Shown here: one piece after another, positions 1 through 9,935 of the stretch
Numbering within the stretch: the first letter of the stretch is position 1
Layout: each line of letters opens with the position of its first letter
Source: Clostridia bacterium
GTDB lineage: Bacteria > Bacillota > Clostridia > Monoglobales > Monoglobaceae
DNA: 64,000 nucleotides
Assembly: GCA_045589715.1 (NCBI GenBank)
Contig: JAZNPN010000041.1
Span: 9,536-73,535 of the forward strand
Direction of reading: 5' to 3'
The notes under the pieces: generated by a model
Told to the model about the DNA's origin: nothing
The model's database searches: none
Seen by the model: the letters and a program-made list of their open reading frames with translations, nothing else
Program-made: the position numbers and the translations under genes

Positions 1-263
1 CTGAAAATCAGTGTCGCAATCAAAGCACCGACTACAGCTGCACCTACAAGAGATGCAATAAATGTATTGCGGGTAAGCTTCTTTTCGGGAACAATTGTTT
101 TAGTAGCTTCAGGGATGTCTTCCTGAAGGTCAGCAGCTTCTGCAATCTCTTCCTGAATTTCAGCTGCAGCATCTGCGATTTTTTCGCTGATGTCCTGCTT
201 AACTCTTTCTTCGGGAGTGAGGACAGTTTCTTCATTCTGAAGATTTTTGTTTTCGTTTTCCAT
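1..263 (-). CDS. Hypothetical membrane-anchored protein, N-terminal 87 codons only (gene runs off the left edge)
   Basis: Absent from the ORF track because there is no stop in the window. ATG at 263-261 has AAGGAG at 278-273. The frame is open to position 1: MENENKNLQNEETVLTPEERVK..., an acidic region followed by the hydrophobic helix FIASLVGAAVVGALIATLIF. Track ORF 44..235 is another frame with no RBS. Confidence 0.6.
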   Translation of the reverse strand, partial: MENENKNLQNEETVLTPEERVKQDISEKIADAAAEIQEEIAEAADLQEDIPEATKTIVPEKKLTRNTFIASLVGAAVVGALIATLIF

Positions 264-317
264 TTTTTAAACTCCTTTATCCTTATATATTAAAGTGTAA
301 TTTTTATCACAAACTTC

Positions 318-346
318 ATTATAATATATTTTCTAAAAATTTTCCA
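318..346 (-). promoter_or_regulatory. Sigma-A-type promoter for the edge gene (-35 TGGAAA, 17-nt spacer, -10 TATAAT)
   Basis: On the minus strand, TGGAAA (346-341) and TATAAT (323-318) are separated by 17 nt, between the mfd stop and the next start codon. Confidence 0.45.
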
Positions 347-382
347 CCCTTTTTTGTAATTTTTTATAATTTATTCATATTT

Positions 383-3300
383 TTATGAGATTAGCTGCTC
401 CATTAAATCAGAGACAGCTTTCAAATATGCGCCTTCTTCGCCGCGAGCGGGTTTTTTCAGTTTAAAGTGCAGGACGGGTTCTTTAGGATTAGTCATAAAA
501 AGCTCCTTTGGCCTTTCCTGCATAATGTTTACCGCGTTTTGCATATCGGGAAGATTTTCTGTATCAAAGCGCATAATGACTTGCTCATAATTACCCGTGA
601 TTTCAGATATACCGAAAATGCTTGCATATTTTTTGATGAGTGCAATGTCCATAAGGTTTGCAACCGATACGGGAACTGTTCCGTAGCGGTCTTCAAGTTC
701 ATCGTAGACATCAAAGAGAGACTCTCTTGTATCGATTGAGGCAATTTTTTTATATGCCCCGATTCGCTTGCTGTGGTCTTTAATGTAGCTTTCCGGAATG
801 TAGGCAGATACGGGTAAATCAATAGTGGTTTCTGTAACTTTTTCAGTTTCAATGCCCTTTTGTTCACGGACTGCTTCCTCTAAAAGAGAGCAATACATTT
901 CATAGCCTACGCTATCCATATGTCCGTGCTGCTCAGCCCCGATTAAGTTGCCCGTTCCGCGGATTTCAAGGTCACGCATAGCTATTTTAAAGCCCGAACC
1001 AAATTCGGTAAACTCTTTCATTGCAAGAAGTCGTTTTTCGGCTTCTTCGGTCAGCATCTTGTTGCGCCTGAAGGTGAGGTAGGCATGAGCTAAACGATTG
1101 CTTCTGCCGACTCTGCCTCTTAACTGATAAAGCTGAGAAAGGCCGAGTTTGTCAGCATTTTCGATAATGATGGTATTAACATTTGCAATGTCAAGACCGG
1201 TTTCGATTATAGTGGTACATACTAAAATATCAATATCGCCGCCTGCAACTTCCATCATAATATTTTCAAGCTCTGTTTCACTCATTTTTCCGTGAGCTAC
1301 AGCTACCCTTGCATTTGGCACAAGCTCTGCTAAACGGTTGGCGGTTTTGTATATTCCTTCAACTCGATTAAACAGGTAATAAACCTGACCGCCACGATTG
1401 ATTTCGCGCTCTATTGCTTCTTTTACAACAAATTCGTCATATTCCATAACATAGGTGTCAACGGGATATCTCTCGCCCGGCGGCTGATTGATAACGCTCA
1501 TATCGCGAATACCGCTTAAGGACATATGAAGGGTTCTGGGGATAGGCGTTGCCGATAAAGTGAGAACATCTATATCCTTGCGAAGCTCCTTGATTTTTTC
1601 TTTGTGAGCAACACCAAAACGCCGTTCTTCGTCAATGATTAAAAGACCTAATTTTTTAAAGTCAACAGAATTTGAGAGCAGTTTGTGGGTGCCGATAACA
1701 ATATCAATCTCACCCGTTTTTAAGCTTTTCAGAATTTTTTTCTGAGCGGTGGGTGTTCTAAAGCGCGAGAGCATCTCGATGTTTACAGGATAATCCATCA
1801 TTCTTTGCTTAAATGTATTAAAGTGCTGATTTGCAAGAATGGTGGTGGGAACTAAGTAAGCTACCTGATATCCGCTCATAACAGCCTTAAATGCCGCGCG
1901 GAGAGCCACCTCTGTCTTTCCATAGCCAACATCCCCGCAGAGCAGTCTGTCCATAGGATGGGGTTTTTCCATATCCGCCTTGACCTCGTCAATGCTTCTT
2001 AGCTGGTCATCGGTTTCCTCATATGGAAATGATGACTCAAATGTTTTTTGCCACTCGGTATCGGGAGAAAAAGCAATGCCCGGCATATTTGCCCTTTGAG
2101 CATACAGGTCAACAAGCTGCTTTGCCATATCTTTAGCCGCTGCCTTTACGCGCTGGCGGGTTTTTGCCCAGTCGGTGCCGCCAAGGCTGCTTATTTTGAC
2201 TCTTGCACCCTCTTTTTTGTCGTAATGGTAAACCATATCAAGCTGGTCGGTCGGTACATATAAAGTGTCGCTGTTTTTATAATTTATTTTCAGATAATCT
2301 TTTAAAACGCCATCAACATTAAGCTGTTCAATACCCGAATAAAGACCGATGCCGTGGTTTCGGTGAACAACATAGTCGCCGGGGCTCAGCGTGGTAAAGT
2401 CTGAGATTTTATCACCTTTTTTGCCTCGGTACAGGGGCTTTCGTTTTTTTGTCTTTACCTTGCCGAAAATCTCTTTATCGCCGATTACGGCAATTTTTAT
2501 AAGGGGATAGTCAAAACCGCGGCTTATCGAACCGCTGCAGACAACGATGCCGCCGGGGGAGGGGAGTTTTTCAAGCTCGCTCTGATATGAACATTTAAGG
2601 CCGTCTTCTTCAAGGCGGGCTTGCAGATTTTTCGCACGCTCTTTTGTTCCTGCCAGTATTATCGTTCTATATAAATTCTGCTTATAGTAGCTAAGGGATT
2701 CTACCAGAAGTTCGGGCTTTCCCTGAAAACCGCCAAGGCTTCTTGCAGAAAAGGAATGAATCCTTTGCGGCTTAAATTCAGGCGCTGAATGTGACAGCCC
2801 GCTTATAGTTATTACGGGATTTTCAAGGATTTTCTTTACCGCGTTTTTATAGGACAGGGAATATTGCTTATTTGCATCAGGAATAATACCCCTTTCAAAT
2901 AACGAAAGAGTATTTTCAGCATTTTCTTCTTCAAGGGTTTTGATTCTATCAAAAATCCTTTGACCCTCTTCGATAAAGATGAGGGTGTCTTCTGATATAT
3001 AATCAAGTATGCTCGGGATATCCTTGTTATGTTCATAAAGGTATGGAATGTATTTGTCCATCGACGGAAAAGAAATCCTCTCCCGTATTCTCTCTATATC
3101 ACGGGCAAGAATAGAAGAGCACCTGATGTCGCGCTCGGTATCTTTAAGAGTTGATTTGACTTTTTCAAGAGATTTGCACAATTTTTCAAGAGTTTTTTCT
3201 GAGAATAAAATTTCGCCTGCGGGTTTTGCGTCAAAATGGTCTGTCATTTCTATTGTGCGCTGGGTTTCAACATCAAAAATCCTTATTGAGTCAACTTCTG

Positions 3301-3895
3301 TATCAAAAAATTCAATGCGGATTGGGTTTTCGGCAGTTGGTGAAAAAACATCTACAATTCCGCCTCTTATGCTAAATTGCCCTGAGCCTTCAACCATATC
3401 TTCTCTGCGATAGCCAAGAGCAACAAGACGGCGGGAGAGCTCGTCTATTTCAATTTCGTCGCCTGTTCTAAGGCTTATACCAAAATCCTCCCATACAGCC
3501 TTTGGAACGGTTGCGCTCAGCAACGCCTCAGGGGAGGTGAGCACTATGATTTTGTCGTTTGATATAAGTTTGTTTAATACATTTAGTCTGGAAGATAAAA
3601 CATCACGGCTCTTTGCTTCCGCGTCATAAAACATAAGCTCTGTAGAGGTAAATAAAGCGGTGTTTTCTGCGCCTGCAAAAAATCGCAAATCCTCATATAT
3701 CTCAGCGGCGGCAGTCTGATTGTGAGCGACTATCAATGCACCGCGATTAAGTTTTTTGCACGCACAAAAAATAAGGTGTGCCCTGACCGAATCTGACACA
3801 CCCGTAACGCCAAGAGGTGAAATATTTGATTTTAAGTTATCTATAAGCTCTGAAAATTCAGCAAGCTCATTTAGAATACTCAAAAAACTGTTCAT
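383..3895 (-). CDS. mfd: Transcription-repair coupling factor Mfd
   Basis: 1170-aa ORF with a CarD/TRCF-like segment (DYVVHRNHGIG) and SF2 helicase motifs GDVGYGKTEVA and DEERRFGV. It lies directly downstream of pth, as is typical in Firmicutes. Confidence 0.95.
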   Translation of the reverse strand: MNSFLSILNELAEFSELIDNLKSNISPLGVTGVSDSVRAHLIFCACKKLNRGALIVAHNQTAAAEIYEDLRFFAGAENTALFTSTELMFYDAEAKSRDVLSSRLNVLNKLISNDKIIVLTSPEALLSATVPKAVWEDFGISLRTGDEIEIDELSRRLVALGYRREDMVEGSGQFSIRGGIVDVFSPTAENPIRIEFFDTEVDSIRIFDVETQRTIEMTDHFDAKPAGEILFSEKTLEKLCKSLEKVKSTLKDTERDIRCSSILARDIERIRERISFPSMDKYIPYLYEHNKDIPSILDYISEDTLIFIEEGQRIFDRIKTLEEENAENTLSLFERGIIPDANKQYSLSYKNAVKKILENPVITISGLSHSAPEFKPQRIHSFSARSLGGFQGKPELLVESLSYYKQNLYRTIILAGTKERAKNLQARLEEDGLKCSYQSELEKLPSPGGIVVCSGSISRGFDYPLIKIAVIGDKEIFGKVKTKKRKPLYRGKKGDKISDFTTLSPGDYVVHRNHGIGLYSGIEQLNVDGVLKDYLKINYKNSDTLYVPTDQLDMVYHYDKKEGARVKISSLGGTDWAKTRQRVKAAAKDMAKQLVDLYAQRANMPGIAFSPDTEWQKTFESSFPYEETDDQLRSIDEVKADMEKPHPMDRLLCGDVGYGKTEVALRAAFKAVMSGYQVAYLVPTTILANQHFNTFKQRMMDYPVNIEMLSRFRTPTAQKKILKSLKTGEIDIVIGTHKLLSNSVDFKKLGLLIIDEERRFGVAHKEKIKELRKDIDVLTLSATPIPRTLHMSLSGIRDMSVINQPPGERYPVDTYVMEYDEFVVKEAIEREINRGGQVYYLFNRVEGIYKTANRLAELVPNARVAVAHGKMSETELENIMMEVAGGDIDILVCTTIIETGLDIANVNTIIIENADKLGLSQLYQLRGRVGRSNRLAHAYLTFRRNKMLTEEAEKRLLAMKEFTEFGSGFKIAMRDLEIRGTGNLIGAEQHGHMDSVGYEMYCSLLEEAVREQKGIETEKVTETTIDLPVSAYIPESYIKDHSKRIGAYKKIASIDTRESLFDVYDELEDRYGTVPVSVANLMDIALIKKYASIFGISEITGNYEQVIMRFDTENLPDMQNAVNIMQERPKELFMTNPKEPVLHFKLKKPARGEEGAYLKAVSDLMEQLIS

Positions 3896-3896
3896 A

Positions 3897-4472
3897 TTAC
3901 GCTCCGTTATATTTGTTCATTGCAGATTTGGCATCTGCTGAAATTATTTCTTCTACGGCAGAGACTGCACGGATAGCCGTTTTAACCAAAATTTCAGTCT
4001 CTTCTTTGGAAAACTTTCCAAGGACATAATCTTTCATATCATAATCAGGATTTTCGGGCTTGCCCACACCGATTTTTATTCGGGGGAAGACATCGCTGCC
4101 AAGCTGATAGATTATATTCTTAATGCCGTTGTGACCGCCTGCGCTTCCTTTTTCTCTGATTCTTAAGAACCCGGTGGGAAGAGAGATGTCATCATATATT
4201 ATGATTATATTTTCGTTGTCAATTTTATACCAATCAGCAATCTCGCGAACGCTTTCGCCGCTTAAATTCATATATGTCTGTGGCTTTGCGATAACAACGC
4301 GCTCAGAGCAAATTCTGCCCTCGCCAAGAATTGCCCTGAATTTTTCTTTATTGAGATTTATATCGTGCTTTGAGCAGATTGCATCAGCAACCTCAAAGCC
4401 AACATTATGTCTTGTGTTTGCATATTCTCTGCCCGGATTTCCGAGGCCGACTATCAAGAACAGAAAAATCAT
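3897..4472 (-). CDS. pth: Peptidyl-tRNA hydrolase
   Basis: 191 aa with N-terminal GLGNPGREYANTRHNVGF, the Pth signature. The stop is 1 nt from the mfd start. Confidence 0.95.
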   Translation of the reverse strand: MIFLFLIVGLGNPGREYANTRHNVGFEVADAICSKHDINLNKEKFRAILGEGRICSERVVIAKPQTYMNLSGESVREIADWYKIDNENIIIIYDDISLPTGFLRIREKGSAGGHNGIKNIIYQLGSDVFPRIKIGVGKPENPDYDMKDYVLGKFSKEETEILVKTAIRAVSAVEEIISADAKSAMNKYNGA

Positions 4473-4505
4473 TCCCTTCTTTGTGAATTGACAATAATTT
4501 TCAAT

Positions 4506-5231
4506 TTAATTTGACGGAACAGTCGCAATCGTTGCAGAATATACCCTTAAAACACCGCTTGTCTTAAGAGCTTTTGCACATTCTTCCAGAGTTGCACCCG
4601 TTGTGCATACATCGTCAATTAAAAGTATGGTCTTGCCCTGTGTAAGTGCGGGTTTTCTTACGGCAAAAGCATCACGCACATTTTCAAACCTTCTGTGGTA
4701 GGAAAGGCTGCTCTGTTTTGAGAGCTTTCTGGTCTGTTTCATTGCGTTTGCAATGTAAGGCAGGTGAAGTTTGCGGGCAACCGCCCTTGCAAGACAGGCT
4801 GCCTGATCATAAGCGCCGCTTTGATTATTCTTTTTCTTTCTTGGCGGAACAGAGATTACATAATCAAAAACTACTCCGCCGAAATCGCGATTTATCATAT
4901 TGACTACATAACTTGCAAGCGTATTTGCATTTCCGCTGTTGCGTTCTTTTTTAAACAATACTATCGCACGGGTTGCAGAGTCCATATATACAAAGGGAGC
5001 GGTCATTTTAATATTATAATTTTTGTTTATATAGCAGGTTTTACAAATTCCGGATAGCGAATCCGGCATTGGTTTTCCGCAACGCTTACACCTTGTATAT
5101 AGGTTTGCATAAGGAAGATTCCTTGCGCATTTGTCGCATACCCAAAGATATGATTTTGGAGAAAGTCTTTTTCCGCAAAATACACAATGAGGAGGATATA
5201 TCAGATTTAAAATAGTTTTTCTGAAGCTCAT
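4506..5231 (-). CDS. comFC: ComF-family protein (ComFC-like phosphoribosyltransferase-fold protein with N-terminal zinc fingers)
   Basis: Cys pairs CVFCGK..CDKC and CKRCGK..CKTC, followed by the PRTase motif ILLIDDVCTTGATL. ATG 5231 is preferred over track TTG 5237 because GGAGG (5244-5240) lies 8 nt upstream of it. Confidence 0.75.
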   Translation of the reverse strand: MSFRKTILNLIYPPHCVFCGKRLSPKSYLWVCDKCARNLPYANLYTRCKRCGKPMPDSLSGICKTCYINKNYNIKMTAPFVYMDSATRAIVLFKKERNSGNANTLASYVVNMINRDFGGVVFDYVISVPPRKKKNNQSGAYDQAACLARAVARKLHLPYIANAMKQTRKLSKQSSLSYHRRFENVRDAFAVRKPALTQGKTILLIDDVCTTGATLEECAKALKTSGVLRVYSATIATVPSN

Positions 5232-5287
5232 TTGCAAGTCCTCCTTTTAATCGATTTTTCATTTTCCATTCTCCATTTTCAATTCAA

Positions 5288-5316
5288 ATTATATCATACC
5301 CCAATATTATTTGCAA
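5288..5316 (-). promoter_or_regulatory. Sigma-A promoter for comFC-pth-mfd (-35 TTGCAA, 17 nt, -10 TATAAT)
   Basis: On the minus strand, TTGCAA (5316-5311) and TATAAT (5293-5288) are separated by a 17-nt spacer, about 50 nt upstream of the comFC RBS. Confidence 0.55.
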
Positions 5317-5437
5317 CTAAAACATTATTTGAGAATAATTATGGTCAAGCTGTCATAAACATAAGATAAGTGCCGATTTTGCGCAACCTTTACAAAAAAG
5401 ACATTGAGTTTTTGTGAAACATTTTCTTCAAATAAAA

Positions 5438-5466
5438 TGGACAGTATATGAAAAATGTGGTAAAAT
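5438..5466 (+). promoter_or_regulatory. Sigma-A promoter for the glg operon (-35 TGGACA, 17 nt, extended -10 TGgTAAAAT)
   Basis: TGGACA at 5438-5443, TG at 5458-5459 and TAAAAT at 5461-5466. Confidence 0.45.
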
Positions 5467-5552
5467 GTAATTGTTAAAGTTATATAAAATTTTAGGGCTT
5501 AAATGCCAGCCTTTTGATAAATTTGACACAATGTTACAACGGAGGACAAAAA

Positions 5553-7529
5553 ATGAGAAAAAGTGCCAAAGAAACAAAACGAAAAAACTTTATCAATGAG
5601 CCGCCAATGTATCTTTTCAATACAGGCACAAACTACGAAAGCTATCGTATGTTGGGGGCGCACAAGATGATTGATGAAGAAGGACAAAGCGGATATCTTT
5701 TCGCAGTATGGGCGCCTAATGCAAAAACGGTTTCGGTAGTTTGTGATGCAAATGACTGGGACAGAGAAAGAGGCATTATGTATAAACACAGCTCCTCGGG
5801 AATATGGGAGCGTTTTCTCCCTGGCGTATGTGAGGGGCAGAACTATAAATTCAGCATTGAGACAAAGTCGGGGGATGTTATATTAAAGGCAGATCCTTAC
5901 GCTTTTTATTCAGAGGTTCGTCCTGCCACCGCGTCTGTTACAACTGATTTGACATATGACTGGCAGGATGATGAGTGGATAAAGAAGCGCGGGGAGACTG
6001 CGCCCTATGATAAACCTGTTTCTATATATGAGATGCACTACGGCTCATGGAAGACACACGAGGACGGAACATATCTCACATATCTTGAGATGATTGATGA
6101 ATTTATCCCATATGTTAAAGAGATGGGCTACACTCATATAGAAATTATGCCCATATGCGAATATCCCTTTGACGGCAGTTGGGGATATCAGGTTACAGGC
6201 TATTATTCGGCAAACAGCCGCTTTGGAAAACCTGCCGAGCTTAAGGCATTTATTGATGCCTGTCACCTAAATGGAATAGGTGTAATTATGGATTGGGTTC
6301 CTGCCCATTTTCCAAAGGATGCACATGGTCTTTCCCGCTTTGACGGCGAGGCTCTCTTTGAACATCCTGATTCCCGCAGGGGAGAGCATAAGGAATGGGG
6401 AACATTGGTTTTTGACTGGACAAAGACGGAAGTTTTTTCGTTTCTTATATCGAATGCTCTATTTTGGATTTCTGAATATCATATGGACGGACTTCGTGTT
6501 GATGCGGTTTCAAGTATGCTATACCTTGACTATAATCGCAGAGACGGGGAGTGGCTTCCGAATAAATACGGCGGCAAAGAAAATATTGAAGCAATAGATT
6601 TTCTGCAGAAGTTAAACGCTGCGGTATTTGAGAGATTCCCTAATGTTTTGATGATAGCAGAAGAGTCTACCGCGTGGGGCGGTGTTACAATGCCGACAGA
6701 TGCGGGAGGACTTGGATTTAATTTTAAATGGAATATGGGTTGGATGCACGACATTTTAGATTATATGCAGTGCGACCCGTTATTCAGAAAAGGAAATCAT
6801 AATAAGCTTACATTCCCTATGATGTATGCGTTTGCAGAGAATTATATTCTGGCACTGTCTCACGATGAGGTGGTTCACGGCAAGAGGTCGCTTCTTGATA
6901 AAATGTGGGGGACATATGAGGAAAAGTTTGCACAGCTTCGCCTTTTGTATGCGTATATGTATTCCCATCCGGGCAAGAAATCCCTCTTTATGGGCGGTGA
7001 GTTCGGTCAGTTTGTAGAATGGAGATTTGCAGAGCAGCTTGACTGGATGCTTGATGATTATGAACTTCATCACAAAATGCGCATGTATTCAAAAACGCTT
7101 AATGAATTTTACAAGACGCACCCGTCATTCTTTGAAATAGAGAGAGAACAGGGCGATTGGAAGGGATTTAAGTGGCTTAATGCAGAGGATGCAGAAAACA
7201 GCGTCTTATCCTTTATGCGAATGAGCGAGCAGACAAATGAGAAAATTGCGGTAGTCATAAACTTCACTCCTGTTGCGAGAGAAAAATATATTCTCGGGGT
7301 TCCTGAGTACGCAGAATATGAGGTGGTTATGTCAAGTAACGCCAAAACATTCGGCGGAAACGGCAAAGGGACACGCAAATGCAGGGCGAAGAAAAAGCCA
7401 TACGGCGGATTTCCATATTCGATAGAATTGTCAATCCCGCCGATTACGGCGATGTATATGAAGGTTGTTCCTTGCCGGAGCTCACAGACAAGGAAAACCA
7501 ACAACAAAAAGGTGAGCGGAAAGGCATAG
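5553..7529 (+). CDS. glgB: 1,4-alpha-glucan branching enzyme
   Basis: GH13 motifs DWVPAHF, GLRVDAV, MIAEEST and LSHDEVVHGK. ATG 5553 with GGAGG at 5541-5545 is preferred over track TTG 5514. Confidence 0.93.
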   Translation: MRKSAKETKRKNFINEPPMYLFNTGTNYESYRMLGAHKMIDEEGQSGYLFAVWAPNAKTVSVVCDANDWDRERGIMYKHSSSGIWERFLPGVCEGQNYKFSIETKSGDVILKADPYAFYSEVRPATASVTTDLTYDWQDDEWIKKRGETAPYDKPVSIYEMHYGSWKTHEDGTYLTYLEMIDEFIPYVKEMGYTHIEIMPICEYPFDGSWGYQVTGYYSANSRFGKPAELKAFIDACHLNGIGVIMDWVPAHFPKDAHGLSRFDGEALFEHPDSRRGEHKEWGTLVFDWTKTEVFSFLISNALFWISEYHMDGLRVDAVSSMLYLDYNRRDGEWLPNKYGGKENIEAIDFLQKLNAAVFERFPNVLMIAEESTAWGGVTMPTDAGGLGFNFKWNMGWMHDILDYMQCDPLFRKGNHNKLTFPMMYAFAENYILALSHDEVVHGKRSLLDKMWGTYEEKFAQLRLLYAYMYSHPGKKSLFMGGEFGQFVEWRFAEQLDWMLDDYELHHKMRMYSKTLNEFYKTHPSFFEIEREQGDWKGFKWLNAEDAENSVLSFMRMSEQTNEKIAVVINFTPVAREKYILGVPEYAEYEVVMSSNAKTFGGNGKGTRKCRAKKKPYGGFPYSIELSIPPITAMYMKVVPCRSSQTRKTNNKKVSGKA

Positions 7530-7538
7530 GTAATCAAA

Positions 7539-8759
7539 ATGAAATCAAAAGAATGTGTGGCAATGATTCTGGCAGGGGGACAAGGCAGCAGACTGGGCAT
7601 ACTGACAAGGAATGTAGCAAAGCCTGCCGTGCCGTTTGGAGGTAAGTATAAGATTATCGACTTTCCGCTGAGCAATTGTACCCATTCGGGCATCGACACG
7701 GTTGGTGTGCTTACTCAGTATGAGCCGCTTGAACTTAACACCTATATTGCAAATGGTCAGCCATGGGACCTTGACCGCTCAAACGGCGGTGTTTATGTTC
7801 TTCCGCCGTATACCTCGGCAGAAAAGGGAGAATGGTATAAGGGTACTGCAAATGCAATATACCAAAACATTGGATTTGTTGATAAATTCAATCCCAAATA
7901 TGTTGTTATTTTATCGGGTGACCATATTTACAAAATGGATTACAACAAGATGGTAAAACAGCATAAAAAATCGGGTGCTGACGCTACGATTGCAGTAATT
8001 GAAGTGCCATGGGATGAGGCGCCAAGATTTGGTATTATGAATACTGACGCTGAGTCAAACATAGTTGAATTTGAGGAGAAACCGGCAAATCCAAAGAGCA
8101 ATTTAGCGTCAATGGGTGTTTATTGTTTCTCGTGGGAGGTTCTTAAAAAATACCTTATTGAGGATGAGATGGACCCAAATTCGGACAACGACTTTGGTAA
8201 AAATATCATCCCGAAAATGTTAAATTCCGGTCTTAAACTTACAGCGCATCGTTTTGATGGCTATTGGAAGGATGTTGGTACAATCCAGAGTTTATGGGAA
8301 GCTAATATGGAGCTTTTAGATGGTGATGCAGGAATTACTCTTGATGATGACAAGTGGAGAATTTACAGCAAAAACCCGAATAAGCCGCCTCAATATGTAG
8401 GACCTGAGGCAAAAATCCGCAACTGTTACTTAACCGAGGGCTGCGAAATTTACGGAGAAATGGAACATTCAGTTATATTCGAAGGGGTTACTGTTGAAGA
8501 GGGTGCAAAGGTGGAAGACTCTATAATATTCCCCGGCGCGATAATTAAGAAAGGTGCTACGGTCTACAAGTCTCTTGTAGGTTCGGGTGCAGTCATTGGA
8601 GAGAATGCAAAAATCGGAGCTGATGACGATGATGCTAATAAAGATTGGATTAACACCAAACTCTTAAGTAACGACATTAGCTTACTTGCCCCCGAAGTTG
8701 AAATCCAGCAGGGTATAAAAATTGCAAGAAATTCTATGGTTGTTGAAAACCTAGACTAA
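7539..8759 (+). CDS. glgC: Glucose-1-phosphate adenylyltransferase, catalytic subunit
   Basis: [36 protein letters not shown]-terminal motif and a C-terminal left-handed beta-helix region. Confidence 0.95.
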   Translation: MKSKECVAMILAGGQGSRLGILTRNVAKPAVPFGGKYKIIDFPLSNCTHSGIDTVGVLTQYEPLELNTYIANGQPWDLDRSNGGVYVLPPYTSAEKGEWYKGTANAIYQNIGFVDKFNPKYVVILSGDHIYKMDYNKMVKQHKKSGADATIAVIEVPWDEAPRFGIMNTDAESNIVEFEEKPANPKSNLASMGVYCFSWEVLKKYLIEDEMDPNSDNDFGKNIIPKMLNSGLKLTAHRFDGYWKDVGTIQSLWEANMELLDGDAGITLDDDKWRIYSKNPNKPPQYVGPEAKIRNCYLTEGCEIYGEMEHSVIFEGVTVEEGAKVEDSIIFPGAIIKKGATVYKSLVGSGAVIGENAKIGADDDDANKDWINTKLLSNDISLLAPEVEIQQGIKIARNSMVVENLD

Positions 8760-8784
8760 CTATTATCGAAAGGAAGAACTAATT

Positions 8785-9912
8785 ATGAAACACGATTTAA
8801 TGGGACTTATACTTGCGGAGAATTCAGAGGCTGCAATGGGCGAACTTACGGCGGTCAGACCGCTTGCAGCAGTTCCTTTCGGCGGAAGATACAGAATGGT
8901 TGATTTTATGCTGTCTTGTATGGTAAACTCTGCCATAGTGAATGTGGGTATCATTACACCATATAATTTCCGTTCTTTAAGTGACCATCTTGGCACGGGC
9001 AAGGACTGGGATATTGACAGAAAAGGTAACGGCTTATTCCTGCTTCCATCAAAGGAGATGAGCGAAACGGGAGAAGTAAGCGGCGGCATAGATATTTTAA
9101 ATGGTATAACCTATCACCTAAATAAATGTAAGCAGGAATATGTTTTGGTATCAAGTTGTAATACTATATGTAATATTGATTTTGCAGAGGTTTTCAAAAA
9201 CCACCTCGATGCCGAAGCTGATATTACTATGATTTATACAGAGGTAGGAGAGCTTAATTCAAAGGACTTGTCAAGCCGTGTTTTAGTTGATGCAGATGAA
9301 ACGGGCAGAGTTCGTGATATTCATGTTTTCCCGCTTCAGCAAAAGACGAATAATGTATATATGCAAATGTTTATTGTTAAAAAGGATTTGCTTTTAGAGC
9401 TTATAGGCGATGCTGTGGCACACAACAAGCATCATATATCAAAGGATATATTCCTTCCCAATTTAGAGCGTCTTAAAATTTATGGCTATAAATTTGAGGG
9501 CTATAACCGCCATATTGATAATGTAAAGGCTTTCTTTGATGCAAATCTTGAACTTTTAGATGGCGATATAAGAAAAGAATTATTCGGCATTGCAAAGGAT
9601 ATGCCTATATACACAAAAATCAAGGATAGTGTATCCACAAAATACAGTCAGACCTCAGAGGTCAGCAATTCGTTTATAGCAGACGGATGCCTGATTGAAG
9701 GAACAGTTAAAAACAGCATTTTGTTCCGCGGTGTCCATATCGGCAAGGGAGCAACTGTTGAAAATTGTATACTTATGCAAAAATCTGAGGTTATGGATAA
9801 TTGTATGCTTGAAAATGTAGTTTTTGATAAAGAAGTAATCCTAAGAAGCGGCAAAAAGCTCGTAGGTCAGGATACTTATCCTATGGTTATCGGCAAAAAT
9901 ACTATTATTTAA
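8785..9912 (+). CDS. glgD: Glucose-1-phosphate adenylyltransferase, GlgD regulatory subunit
   Basis: GlgC paralog that lacks the GGxGxRL loop but keeps PFGGRYRMVDF. Its position between glgC and glgA matches the Firmicute glgBCDAP arrangement. Confidence 0.9.
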   Translation: MKHDLMGLILAENSEAAMGELTAVRPLAAVPFGGRYRMVDFMLSCMVNSAIVNVGIITPYNFRSLSDHLGTGKDWDIDRKGNGLFLLPSKEMSETGEVSGGIDILNGITYHLNKCKQEYVLVSSCNTICNIDFAEVFKNHLDAEADITMIYTEVGELNSKDLSSRVLVDADETGRVRDIHVFPLQQKTNNVYMQMFIVKKDLLLELIGDAVAHNKHHISKDIFLPNLERLKIYGYKFEGYNRHIDNVKAFFDANLELLDGDIRKELFGIAKDMPIYTKIKDSVSTKYSQTSEVSNSFIADGCLIEGTVKNSILFRGVHIGKGATVENCILMQKSEVMDNCMLENVVFDKEVILRSGKKLVGQDTYPMVIGKNTII

Positions 9913-9935
9913 AAGCAAACGAAAGGGAGATTTAT

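Noticed and set aside
44-235. Track ORF (63 aa, minus strand) at the left edge
   Set aside because: It is in the wrong frame. The adjacent frame has a strong AAGGAG RBS, an ATG at 263 and stays open to the window edge. The 63-aa ORF has no RBS and a Lys/Leu-rich, junk-like sequence.
7109-7699. 196-aa ORF antisense to the glgB/glgC junction
   Set aside because: It spans two well-supported genes on the other strand and has no RBS or recognisable motifs.
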